IMG/VR virus record: IMGVR_UViG_3300030000_000409
Span: 10,284 to 74,283 of that record
Source: a virus
Lineage: Duplodnaviria > Heunggongvirae > Uroviricota > Caudoviricetes
Strand: one strand, 5' to 3'
Length of the DNA: 64,000 nucleotides
Under the pieces are notes generated by a model, which saw only the letters and a program-made list of their open reading frames with translations, was not told where the DNA came from and made no database searches. Of this stretch, positions 8,972 to 18,623 are shown one piece after another. Position 1 is the stretch's first letter. Each line of letters begins with the position of its first letter. Both the position numbers and the translations under genes were made by a program.

Positions 8972-9487
8972 TTAAGAAATTGATATTTGATAAGATGAAC
9001 CATTATTAAAAAGTGGTATTTGAGAAGTAGTCCAGCTCCACACGGTTAGTGACTCATATTGATAGTAAGTAGAAGAAGAAGAATATACCGTTGTACCAGC
9101 ATATAAAATTGAAGTAAAAAAATTCTGTGCAACTAAACCCAAAATTGTAAATTCAAGATAGTAGAGATTAGTCCCATTACCCATTGCACTAGTGTATAGG
9201 TCTACAACTGTTAAACCTTTGAATGTATCCGGTGATAAGCTACCTATAAGACCAAATGGTGGGTAAACATAACCTGTTCCATATCCATTAGTGCCTGCTA
9301 CTAAAGTGTGAGTTGACCCAGTTGAATTGCTTTTACCATATAGATTGAATAAACTTATGGCACCACTTTGTATACCTGCTAAATTTCTAACAACTGAATC
9401 ATTCAATGAAATTGTGGTGGTCGCCGCTTTACCAAGCTCAACATTCACTTGAGATAGTGAAATTAATCCAGATGCTGGTAACGTCAT
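8972..9487 (-). CDS. tail-fibre tip/adhesin paralog 1
   Basis: Conserved N-terminus MTLPASGLISLSQVNVELG; starts 2 nt after the tail-fibre stop. Confidence 0.5.
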   Translation of the reverse strand: MTLPASGLISLSQVNVELGKAATTTISLNDSVVRNLAGIQSGAISLFNLYGKSNSTGSTHTLVAGTNGYGTGYVYPPFGLIGSLSPDTFKGLTVVDLYTSAMGNGTNLYYLEFTILGLVAQNFFTSILYAGTTVYSSSSTYYQYESLTVWSWTTSQIPLFNNGSSYQISIS

Positions 9488-9488
9488 T

Positions 9489-12400
9489 TTATTTGTTCTT
9501 CAAAAGATCAATTTCAGCTTTGAGCTCTTTGATAGCTTCAATTAACAATGGCACTATCTTACTGTAATCAACAGTTTTAAATTTTTCACCGTCTAACTCA
9601 ATAGACTCAGTAACAATTTCTGGCATAATACTATTTACTTGATCTGCATTAATACCGTAATCATGTTTACCTGCTTTCATTTCAGTATGTTGGAAACCAT
9701 GCTTCCATGTAAATGTACCACCATCCAACTTAGAAATCATTTCAAGAGGATTTTGAATACGTGTGAAGTTTTCTTTTAATCTTGGATCAGAATATGCAGA
9801 TACGTTACCAGCAGCAACCGTATTTCCAGATGGGTCAGTGTACCATGACCAAGCTGCACGAGACCAACCACCAATACCAAAGTATCCATCTGCACGAACA
9901 CCCATCTTGATAGCATATGTATCATTGTAAAATGATAAACCAGCTAAATTAGTATCGCCAGCTCCAGATGCTCTACACACAAAAGAACCTGGTGATGTAT
10001 CATTGACAGCCATTCCAACACCACTTGTTCTACCAGTTATCAAGCTCGTCTGAGCAGTAGCGCTTAAGTATGTAGCAGTACCTGCATTTCCAGAAATGTT
10101 GGTTTGATCACCGGTATTAACACCAGATAGAGTAGTTATACCTAATTTAGTTTTAATCGTGGCGGCAGTTTCATCACCAGTATTGCTACCAGAAACTGCA
10201 TCAAGTTTAATTTTATCAGCAGCTGACATGAAACCGTTAATAGCGGTAGTTACTACAGCATGAGCAGCACCATTGGAACCAACGTGGGCCAATGGTGCAC
10301 TTGCAGCAATTGCGGCAGCTTGTGCACCATTAATGGCTGACGCTTGAGCTGTTGATACTGGCTTATTAACATCTGATATATTATCTACGTTACCTAATCC
10401 AACATCAGCCTTAACCAATGTTACTACACCTGTCTTACCAGCAACAGAATCAACTGCGCCAGAAGTAATGTAAACATAACTACTACCAGACCATCTGTAA
10501 GTCTTGTTGGTATCTAAAGCAACATAAATCTTACCTGATTCACCAGTTGCTGGGAATGCTGCTAAGTTGGCAGCTTCGATAACATCATCAACATAACTTG
10601 GCAACTGAGTTGTTGGAACTTTTCCAGTATTATCAAGTGTTGCAACTCCATTTAATGCGCCCAAAAGAGAACTTGCAACCCTACTAGTAGAATCAATAGC
10701 ATTAATTATTATGTCTGCTGAACCGTTAAAAGAAACCCCGTTGATAGTACGGGCTGTTTGCAACGTTGTTGCTGTTGCAGCGTTACCTGAAATAGTAGTC
10801 TGTATTTGGTGAACGTGATCTGCTCTAGCAGCAGTAGTACTAGTTCCAACAGCAGCAGTTCCATTATTTAATGGGGTTGTTGAAGAAAGACCGGTAATAG
10901 AATTAAATGATGTTCCAGTGATAGCTCCGGTAACTGCGAGTGAGCCAAGAGTTCCAAGAGATGTTATGTTAGGTTGTGCGGCAGTTTGAAGTGTACCAGC
11001 AAATCCAATAGCAGATAATATTCCAGTGCTAGGAATAAAAGAAAGTTTTGAATTTGAAACGTTCAATGTTTGATCGCCTGAAATATCACTCACCCATACT
11101 GGATAAACAGCAGTAGATGGAAGAACATCATTCGTTACATTAGATGCTGCAGATGAAGATGCAGAGACAGTTGATGTTGAGATACCAGTTACCAAACCCT
11201 TAGCATTAACTGTCACAATTGGAATTAATGTAGCAGAACCAAATGTTCCAACATTGGAATTTACTGTAGCCAATGTAGCATTTATTGTAGCATTTGCACT
11301 ACCATTAAATGATGCTGAACCAGATATATCAGCAGCTAATGTGATAGTTCTTGATGTTGCAAGTGCATTTGCAGTAGAAGCATTTCCAATTAAGCTAGCA
11401 GTTATTGTTCCAGCTGAAAAATTACCAGATGTATCTCTTGAAACTATAGTGGATGCAGTATTTACAGATGTTGCATTAGAGTCTATGATTATATTTCCAT
11501 TGACGCCATCAGGATTCGTTATGGATAATCCTACACCAGTAACAGCGACAGAACGAGAAGCACTAGCACCACTAGCTATTTTAACAATTAAACCATTTGA
11601 TGATAATCCAGTGACAGATGTAAGCAATGTGTTTAATGGTTGTGCATCAGTAATTCCATAACCTGTTAATGTGGTTGGAGTATTGACAATCGTTGACCAC
11701 GGTTGAGTTGAAGATGCAGAAATAACTCTACCGTAAATATCAACTGTTACATTTGAATAAAGTCCAGCAGATACACCAGTAGCTGCCAAATCAATAGTGT
11801 CAACATCAACGGTAATTCTTGAAGATGATGCAGTACCGACACTGAATGTATTACCAGATTTTGTTAAACCAGCACCAGCAACTAATTCACCAGGTCTACT
11901 GAACACTGAGAATGCTAATGGTGAAGTACCTAAAACTATGGTGCCATACGTTACTAAGATCCAAGAACTGTTTCCATTTAATGTTCCAGTTTCAACATAT
12001 ACAAGGTCACCAGCAGCAACTTCATTGGTTGGAGATCCATCAAAGTCAGTAGCTCTTGCCCATGCACCAGAAGAAACAACATAAACACCGTTTTCAGCAG
12101 CATTCGTTTGATCTTTTACCAATACACGTGTTCCAGAACCAGCAATAACACCATCTAAAGTTTGGATACCAGATAATGCAATATTTGCAGTTGTTGAAGT
12201 TAACACTGCTAAATGTGGTGACACACCAGCAGCAATATTATCAACGTAATCTTTTGTTGTTAAATGAGAACCAGATACTGGTGAAGCTCCAGTTACAGGA
12301 GAAGAGAATGTCCAGGAACCGGTAACTGTTTCATTTCCAGCAACTCTCGTAAGAACATTTGCATCTGCGATCTGTGATTCATTTATTGAAAGAGCTGCTT

Positions 12401-13064
12401 GGTGTTGTGTTACATTGTTAGAAGAGATTCTAGAATTATTAAATGTACCAGAAACTATAGCAGATGTATCAATGCTCGGTGAATTATTTGATGCTGAAGA
12501 AATTCTACCCTTTGAATCAACAGTGAATGATGGAATAGAAGAATTGGATCCATAAGTCCCTGCACTTACTCCACTAGCTGATAATGTGAGTGTTATAGAT
12601 GTTGAACCTGATCCAACACCATCACCTGAAATACTAATATTCTGGTTAGCTGAAAGATATGAATTTGTGTCTAGAGTCCAAGTATTGACTGCAATTTTCT
12701 TTAATGTACCAAAACTTCCAGAGAGTGCAGCAATGGAAGTAAGATCACCATCAAGTGATTGTGCATCTGTTATTCCATAACCAGCTAACGTTGTTGGTTT
12801 AGAACCACCTACAACTAGTCCCTTACTATTTACATTTACCAATGAATATGTACCAGCAGAAATCACGGCGGGCAACAACAATGTTAAATCAGAAGAAGCA
12901 CTCAATTGAGGAACCCATGATGCACCATTGTTAACAAAAAGTTGATCCAAATCTGACTTATAAAAAAGTTCTCCTATTTGTCCAATAGGTAAAACCGTAC
13001 CAGAAGAAACTGCTAAATTTGAAACCTCTGATCCATCTACCATTTTGATACTGTCGAATAACAT
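9489..13064 (-). CDS. tail fibre protein (1191 aa) with C-terminal intramolecular chaperone / peptidase S74 autoproteolytic domain
   Basis: Repeated fibre motifs (TLAGYGITDAQ twice) in a Gly/Ser/Thr-rich beta-rich sequence. The C-terminal ~100 aa, YSDPRLKENF...GGTFTWKHG...VDYSKIVPLLIEAIKELKAEIDLL, matches the S74 intramolecular chaperone consensus (SD.RLK.NI...F.WK...LL.EAIKEL). The cleavage Ser codon is near 9789-9791. Confidence 0.75.
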   Translation of the reverse strand: MLFDSIKMVDGSEVSNLAVSSGTVLPIGQIGELFYKSDLDQLFVNNGASWVPQLSASSDLTLLLPAVISAGTYSLVNVNSKGLVVGGSKPTTLAGYGITDAQSLDGDLTSIAALSGSFGTLKKIAVNTWTLDTNSYLSANQNISISGDGVGSGSTSITLTLSASGVSAGTYGSNSSIPSFTVDSKGRISSASNNSPSIDTSAIVSGTFNNSRISSNNVTQHQAALSINESQIADANVLTRVAGNETVTGSWTFSSPVTGASPVSGSHLTTKDYVDNIAAGVSPHLAVLTSTTANIALSGIQTLDGVIAGSGTRVLVKDQTNAAENGVYVVSSGAWARATDFDGSPTNEVAAGDLVYVETGTLNGNSSWILVTYGTIVLGTSPLAFSVFSRPGELVAGAGLTKSGNTFSVGTASSSRITVDVDTIDLAATGVSAGLYSNVTVDIYGRVISASSTQPWSTIVNTPTTLTGYGITDAQPLNTLLTSVTGLSSNGLIVKIASGASASRSVAVTGVGLSITNPDGVNGNIIIDSNATSVNTASTIVSRDTSGNFSAGTITASLIGNASTANALATSRTITLAADISGSASFNGSANATINATLATVNSNVGTFGSATLIPIVTVNAKGLVTGISTSTVSASSSAASNVTNDVLPSTAVYPVWVSDISGDQTLNVSNSKLSFIPSTGILSAIGFAGTLQTAAQPNITSLGTLGSLAVTGAITGTSFNSITGLSSTTPLNNGTAAVGTSTTAARADHVHQIQTTISGNAATATTLQTARTINGVSFNGSADIIINAIDSTSRVASSLLGALNGVATLDNTGKVPTTQLPSYVDDVIEAANLAAFPATGESGKIYVALDTNKTYRWSGSSYVYITSGAVDSVAGKTGVVTLVKADVGLGNVDNISDVNKPVSTAQASAINGAQAAAIAASAPLAHVGSNGAAHAVVTTAINGFMSAADKIKLDAVSGSNTGDETAATIKTKLGITTLSGVNTGDQTNISGNAGTATYLSATAQTSLITGRTSGVGMAVNDTSPGSFVCRASGAGDTNLAGLSFYNDTYAIKMGVRADGYFGIGGWSRAAWSWYTDPSGNTVAAGNVSAYSDPRLKENFTRIQNPLEMISKLDGGTFTWKHGFQHTEMKAGKHDYGINADQVNSIMPEIVTESIELDGEKFKTVDYSKIVPLLIEAIKELKAEIDLLKNK

Positions 13065-13118
13065 GCAAGACTCCTAGTTATATTAATTACTTGTATTTAT
13101 TGAATGATGCTAATTCTG

Positions 13119-13126
13119 TATAAATA
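13119..13126 (+). promoter_or_regulatory. T4-type late promoter TATAAATA
   Basis: Exact TATAAATA ~30 nt upstream of the 13153/13156 start. It heads the cluster of CTS-bearing genes. Confidence 0.45.
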
Positions 13127-13155
13127 CTACGTTATTACTATTCGGAAATCATGTG

Positions 13156-14037
13156 ATGCTTTCATTTAAATCTTTTCTTTTTGAGGGTGGGAATGCTGTT
13201 CAAAAATACAACGTATCAAGAGCAAATCCTGCTGATGTGAAGGCCTGTTTAGAATTTGTATCCAAGCATTTGGGTATACCATATGATGAAATTAAAAATG
13301 ACTTATTAGGTTCAACAGAACTAACATTTCTTGGTAAGAAAAAAGATAGCGGTGATGTTGATATTGCCTTTTCATTAGAACATGTTGATGTGAATGATGT
13401 TAACAAAAAGATGTTAGCTGCTGTAAATGGAGAAGGTACCTATAATGCAGGTACAAAAGTTGGATCTTATGCTGTCCCAGTAAATGGGAAGAAGATTCAG
13501 GTCGATTTAATGTTTGTGTCAAATAAAATTTGGGCTAAATGGATGTACCATTCTTCACAAGGTAATGGATCTGCTTATCCTGGTGTAGTTAGAAACATTT
13601 TACTTTTTACAACACTAGCACATACACAGACCCCTGGTAAAGATTTCGTGTTAAGAGACACTGAAGGTAAACCCGTCATACGTGCATCAAAGTCAATTAA
13701 TATGGATGCTGGTATGAAGAGACTTTTTAAGATGTCAAAAGTAAATTCAAAAACCGGTAAATACAATAAGTCAATTGACACAGTCGAACCATCTGAGATT
13801 GAATCACATTTGAAATCTATAGGAAAAAATATCCCATTTTCAAAGGATAGAGATTTCACTGACAAACCTGATGATGTTGCTAAATTTATTTTTGGAGATT
13901 CTGTTAAAGGAACAGATTTAATGACGGCAGAAAATGTCATTTCTCAGATTAAGAAACTGAAAAATGCAACTGAAATAATAAATGCATCAAAGAAAGAACT
14001 AACACGTCTCAATTTACCAATACCTAAAGAACTATGA
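13156..14037 (+). CDS. Pol-beta-superfamily nucleotidyltransferase-fold protein with CTS-like N-terminus (candidate packaged/injected enzyme)
   Basis: LGSTELTFLGKKKDSGDVDIAFS is the minimal NTase signature hG[GS]x9-13Dh[DE]h. N-terminus MLSFKSFLFE|GG has an L-x-E site. A GTG at 13153 is the alternative start. Confidence 0.45.
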   Translation: MLSFKSFLFEGGNAVQKYNVSRANPADVKACLEFVSKHLGIPYDEIKNDLLGSTELTFLGKKKDSGDVDIAFSLEHVDVNDVNKKMLAAVNGEGTYNAGTKVGSYAVPVNGKKIQVDLMFVSNKIWAKWMYHSSQGNGSAYPGVVRNILLFTTLAHTQTPGKDFVLRDTEGKPVIRASKSINMDAGMKRLFKMSKVNSKTGKYNKSIDTVEPSEIESHLKSIGKNIPFSKDRDFTDKPDDVAKFIFGDSVKGTDLMTAENVISQIKKLKNATEIINASKKELTRLNLPIPKEL

Positions 14038-14951
14038 AACTACATGAACTATTTGAAGGCATCAAAAAAGATGACCAATTCAAAAAAGATTTAGCACTAT
14101 TCATTAACAATTTGAACGCAATGATAAAAGCTAAGAAGCTACTTTTCAGGGGTTTAGATAACATGGGCATCAATATGAAATCCACATCTGTGGAAAATGG
14201 GGATGATTTAATTTGGAAAATTATAAAAGGTCGAGTAGATTCTATTAAGTCAGGAAATCGTGGTCCTAGAGAATCACTAACAGGAATAAATTTAATTTTG
14301 AATGTGACTACAAATTTCCCTTCATGGAGTAAAATACCTAAAAGAAAGTTTAGTACTAGTTGCACCAGTTCTGGATATGATGCTAGTTTTTTCGGTGATG
14401 TATTTGTTATTGTTCCCGCTGACAATGTTAAAAAATTCGCAATGTCAACAGGAGACTTTAATGAGTTGAGGATTAATAGTTCACCAATAATATCTTTAAC
14501 ACCAGCACTAAGTAATATTACTAAAACTTATATCGAAATAAATAATTTAAATATAAAGGAATTAGTTTCCTATGATCAATTTAAGGCTTTTTACAAGTGG
14601 GCTGATGCTAATTTATTAACACCTCCAACAAAACCATCTATTGGAAAAATAAATAAGTCGCATTATTCACTTACTACTGGTGCAGATGCAATATCATTTT
14701 TGAAAAACATGAAATGTTCTTCATTTGAAGAATTCTTTGAAGATAGGTTGTCACCATCAAAATTGGGAATATTAGAGTTTGATTCAATTGATGAACTTTT
14801 AAATAATCCAAAATCATCTAAGTCAAATGAGGTTTGGTTTGAGGGTGATTATTTACTCATCACTTCTGATTTCTTTGATAATTATTCTGGCATGAATCAA
14901 TCTGGTTTAACCACACAATTTTCAAAAATGATAAAACGGGTAATAGGGTAA
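14034..14951 (+). CDS. MKLHELFE-family paralog A (CTS-like N-terminus; possible Alt/Mod-like ADP-ribosyltransferase)
   Basis: N-terminus MKLHELFE, then LLFRGL (aromatic-Arg), PRESLTGINL and FSTSCTSSG (STS-like). Paralogous to the genes at 14955 and 15868. Confidence 0.4.
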   Translation: MKLHELFEGIKKDDQFKKDLALFINNLNAMIKAKKLLFRGLDNMGINMKSTSVENGDDLIWKIIKGRVDSIKSGNRGPRESLTGINLILNVTTNFPSWSKIPKRKFSTSCTSSGYDASFFGDVFVIVPADNVKKFAMSTGDFNELRINSSPIISLTPALSNITKTYIEINNLNIKELVSYDQFKAFYKWADANLLTPPTKPSIGKINKSHYSLTTGADAISFLKNMKCSSFEEFFEDRLSPSKLGILEFDSIDELLNNPKSSKSNEVWFEGDYLLITSDFFDNYSGMNQSGLTTQFSKMIKRVIG

Positions 14952-14954
14952 AAA

Positions 14955-15866
14955 ATGAAACTACATGAATTGTTTGAAGATCAGAATGGTGATCAAGATT
15001 TAATCGACATCTTAAGAAAGCACTGTCCCAATAACTTAAAAGCTATGGCTTCAGGAAGGGCCCCAATGTTGTGGAGGGGTATGAATTGGGATGCTAGTAT
15101 TGAAACTCCTAAATACAAGTGTGACACGGTTAGTACACAGAAAACAAAACGCGAATCGAAAACTGGATCAAATCTGATAATGAGTTTCTTTTCAACAAAC
15201 AAAGACTGGGTTGAATCAACTGTTAATAGATCACTTTCTACTTCCACTTCCTGTTCGTACGATTACGCTTCACAGTTTTCTGGTCCAACATGGTTGGTTA
15301 TTCCATTTGATAATGTCAAACGTTTCAGTTATACATATACGGATTTAAATTTAGTTGATGTAAATGATACCTCGCTTATTGATTTGAATCACCAAATGAA
15401 GGATATTTCTAATGCAATAGAAGGTTTTCGTCATTGGAATTATGATAAGCTAGATAAAGATATTGCTAGAATAGCGCATGCTGATATTTTTGATTATGAT
15501 ATTGGGTCTCACCATTATTCAACTGAAGAAATAAAAGAATTTTCAAATCAGCTTGAAAAAATATTTGTATTGTTAAAGAATACAAAGAAAAGAAAAACAC
15601 TAGCAGTAACAGATGCAGCAACTTTCAAAGATATGGAAGAAGAAATGAATGACTCCTCCATGTATCGTTGGATGTTAAATGAACTCTCTCCATCTGCATT
15701 AGGTATAAAGACATTTAATTCTATAACTCAAATTCCTAATCATGTTAAAAAAGCTGAAGTATGGTTTGATGGGGATTATTTTATTTTTAGCCCAGTAGCA
15801 TCTCAGTTAACAGCATCACAACCTTTTAATATAGAATGGTTCAAAGAAATAATTGCAAAGGTATAA
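14955..15866 (+). CDS. MKLHELFE-family paralog B
   Basis: MKLHELFE...MLWRGM...KRESKTGSNL...LSTSTSCSY, the same motif order as paralog A. Confidence 0.4.
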   Translation: MKLHELFEDQNGDQDLIDILRKHCPNNLKAMASGRAPMLWRGMNWDASIETPKYKCDTVSTQKTKRESKTGSNLIMSFFSTNKDWVESTVNRSLSTSTSCSYDYASQFSGPTWLVIPFDNVKRFSYTYTDLNLVDVNDTSLIDLNHQMKDISNAIEGFRHWNYDKLDKDIARIAHADIFDYDIGSHHYSTEEIKEFSNQLEKIFVLLKNTKKRKTLAVTDAATFKDMEEEMNDSSMYRWMLNELSPSALGIKTFNSITQIPNHVKKAEVWFDGDYFIFSPVASQLTASQPFNIEWFKEIIAKV

Positions 15867-15867
15867 T

Positions 15868-16800
15868 ATGAAGTTGTTTGAACTATTTGAACAGAAGAAT
15901 GATTTAGCATCAGCAATAAAACAACACAGTCCCGATAATTTTAGAGCATTGATATCAGGCAGTGCACCAGCATTATATCGCGGAGTACATAGTAGAGTAT
16001 TAGAAGAAGGAAATTTCAACTACGATATAGTTAAAGAAAGAACTCAACCCAGAGAATCAATGACAAGATCAAATTTATTTTTAGATTTTACATCTGAAAG
16101 TAAAAGTTGGAAATCATTGGGGGTTGACAGAGCATTTTCTACATTCGTTACGGTGAATGTAGAAAATGCTGAAATATTTGGTGATCCATTTTTAATCATT
16201 CCATTTGACAATGTTTCAACTTTTGCATCAACACGTGCAGATTTCAATTTAGTAACATTTGGTAAAAATAAAAATTCTATATCACAGATTTCTAGAACAA
16301 TAGGATTTGTTTGTACTACGGTTATTCAGTTTGGGCAAAAATCAGGTTTCTTCAATAAGGTTTTACCAAAGGATTTTATCAACGTTATTAAAAATGGATT
16401 TATAACAAAATTTAGGAACATTAAACATTTTACACAGGATGACATTAAAAAATTATCTGATTCACTTGGTGCACTTAAATCACTGCCATTTGATTTAGAG
16501 ATTGAAAAGTTAAAATCTAGTGGATCACAAGAGTTAGCCATTATTCATTTAGAAGATCTTCAGAGCCAATTATTTACTTTAGATAAGATGCTATCAGGTA
16601 AATCGTTAAATGATTGGTTACAATTTAACATGTCACCTAAAGCTGTAGGCGTAAAAGTTTTTGAACATTATCAGGATATTATCGTTTCAAAAAATGCTGA
16701 ACTTTGGTTTAGAGGACAGTATATAATGATAAATCATGAATCAATTAAAATTGAAAAGTTATATTCTTCTAAAGAATTTGAAAATCTGATGCAAGTTTAA
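15868..16800 (+). CDS. MKLHELFE-family paralog C
   Basis: MKLFELFE...ALYRGV...PRESMTRSNL...FSTFVTV. ATG at 15868 is preceded by AAGG. Confidence 0.4.
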   Translation: MKLFELFEQKNDLASAIKQHSPDNFRALISGSAPALYRGVHSRVLEEGNFNYDIVKERTQPRESMTRSNLFLDFTSESKSWKSLGVDRAFSTFVTVNVENAEIFGDPFLIIPFDNVSTFASTRADFNLVTFGKNKNSISQISRTIGFVCTTVIQFGQKSGFFNKVLPKDFINVIKNGFITKFRNIKHFTQDDIKKLSDSLGALKSLPFDLEIEKLKSSGSQELAIIHLEDLQSQLFTLDKMLSGKSLNDWLQFNMSPKAVGVKVFEHYQDIIVSKNAELWFRGQYIMINHESIKIEKLYSSKEFENLMQV

Positions 16801-16851
16801 CAGATATCAACTTCATAGTATAATGATCCAATAATAATTATTGGAGCGTCT

Positions 16852-17595
16852 ATGCTTGGTTTATCTCTAAGAACACACAATGTTCGAAATCTCTTTATTT
16901 CCATCCTTGAACAAAAACTCTTTACTTCTGTAAATCGAGAAGGGTCAATGACTGACCTGGTTGGTAATACAACAATCGAAATTGTTAATGCATCGTTCAT
17001 TGCAGATGAACCTTCAATCTTCGGTGAAGTCAATTTAGATTATGTCAGACGTGAAGAAGAATGGTATAATTCAATGTCACTTAACGTGAATGATATTCCA
17101 GGTGGAGCTCCAGCAGTCTGGAAAGCAGTGGCTGATGAAAATGGTTTTATCAATTCCAATTACGGTTGGGCTATCTATTCTCCAGATAATGGTTTTGATG
17201 AACTACCTCTCAACGAGAATAATGAATTAAACTCTCAGTACGGTTCCGTAGTAAAAGAACTCCGTAAAAATCCTGAATCACGTCGAGCAATGATGATCTA
17301 CACTCGACCTTCAATGTGGTTAGATTACAACAAGAATGGTCGTTCTGACTTCATGTGTACGAATGCAGTCCAATATCTGATACGTGGTGGCAAAATCCAT
17401 TCAATAGTTCAGATGCGCAGCAATGATGCAGTGTTCGGTTACAAAAATGATTGGGCATGGCAAAAACACGTACTTGACAAATTAGCAAATGATTTAAGTA
17501 TTCCATCTGGGAATATTTTCTGGAATGTTGGAAGTCTTCATGTATATTCAAGACATTACCACCTTGTTGATCCAATTAACTACAGTAGGAAATAA
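16852..17595 (+). CDS. 42: deoxycytidylate (pyrimidine dNMP) hydroxymethylase, T4 gp42-like
   Basis: Near-collinear similarity to T4 gp42 as recalled: TIEIVNASFIADEPSIFG, INSNYGWAIYS, RRAMMIYTRPSM, DFMCTNAVQYLIR, MRSNDAVFGYKNDWAWQKHVLDKL, IFWNVGSLHVYSRHY. Confidence 0.75.
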   Translation: MLGLSLRTHNVRNLFISILEQKLFTSVNREGSMTDLVGNTTIEIVNASFIADEPSIFGEVNLDYVRREEEWYNSMSLNVNDIPGGAPAVWKAVADENGFINSNYGWAIYSPDNGFDELPLNENNELNSQYGSVVKELRKNPESRRAMMIYTRPSMWLDYNKNGRSDFMCTNAVQYLIRGGKIHSIVQMRSNDAVFGYKNDWAWQKHVLDKLANDLSIPSGNIFWNVGSLHVYSRHYHLVDPINYSRK

Positions 17596-18623
17596 AAATG
17601 TGTGATTGTGGAACTTGCAACGACATCAAACGTTGGAAAGATGTCATTAAGAATGGTACCGTAGACGAACGTTTTGAAGTGTTCAATGAAATGTTTGGTC
17701 GCATTGAACTAGCAGAAACTGATCTTCTGTATTATCAATCCATTTTAAATGGATCATGGCCAAATGCTCAAAGCATTTTAGAAAGAAAATTGGCATTCAT
17801 AAAGGAGAAAAATGCACAGAATCTACCTCTCACGGACTAATCTCCTTGCTCTCCTTGCTAAGTTGGATAGTCAGAATGGTGAATTTGAACCAAATGCGAC
17901 ATCAATTATCAAGCATGATAAACAGGATCCAAGATTTGATCAGACACTTCCGATAGTTTGTGTTACTGCTATCGAAGATGAAATTTATTACGGTAAAAAA
18001 TCATGATAACTGCACCTCAACACGTCTATTTATCTCGGTGAAATCTCTTAACCTTGCTTTCAAAACTTGATAGGCACGCAAGTGGTGAAGATACATTGTG
18101 CACCATTATTAAATACGATGATACACATGCAAAGTATCCTCAGTCGTGCCCAGCAATTGTTGTCACCGCTATTGACGATGAAGAATATTATTCTACTCGA
18201 TCATTGGGTATACCCGGTGATGTTCACCCTTTAGATGATCCTGACACAAAATGAACCAACCAGACCCAAAACTCCACAAACTCATAAGTCTCTGTAAAAG
18301 TGCATTACGCATTTTAGCAGGGGCGGCATTACTGTCTCAAAGTTTTTATGCTTCTGGGTTACTGTTTATAATAGCAGAAATACTAGGTATCATTGAGGAA
18401 TTAGTATGAGTGAACAATTCAATTATGTGATAGCAGCTCCTTGGCCAAAAGGGGTGGGTGGTCTATGCACATTTAGTTCTTTCGGTGAAGTTCATTTCGG
18501 TGATTCAGATGATGCTCAAAATTCACTCGACTATGCAATACAACAAATCGAGAAAGATGTTGAACGTTATGATCATCAGCCTAAAGCACAAGATTTTAAA
18601 ATTTACAAAGTAGTATCGATTTA

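Larger units (their letters stand above)
8255..9487 (-). repeat. three direct repeats (~150 nt each, ~530 bp spacing) formed by the conserved 5' coding ends of the adhesin paralog genes
   Basis: Protein-level identity across the first ~50 codons of the three genes (starts at 9487, 8956, 8413) implies ~150-nt direct DNA repeats that could act as recombination substrates. Confidence 0.45.

Noticed and set aside
11254-12780. Several + strand ORFs (135, 95 and 64 aa) inside the minus-strand tail fibre gene
   Set aside because: They are antisense products of a Gly/Ser/Thr-rich repetitive coding region. There is no start context, and the fibre gene is continuous and far better supported.
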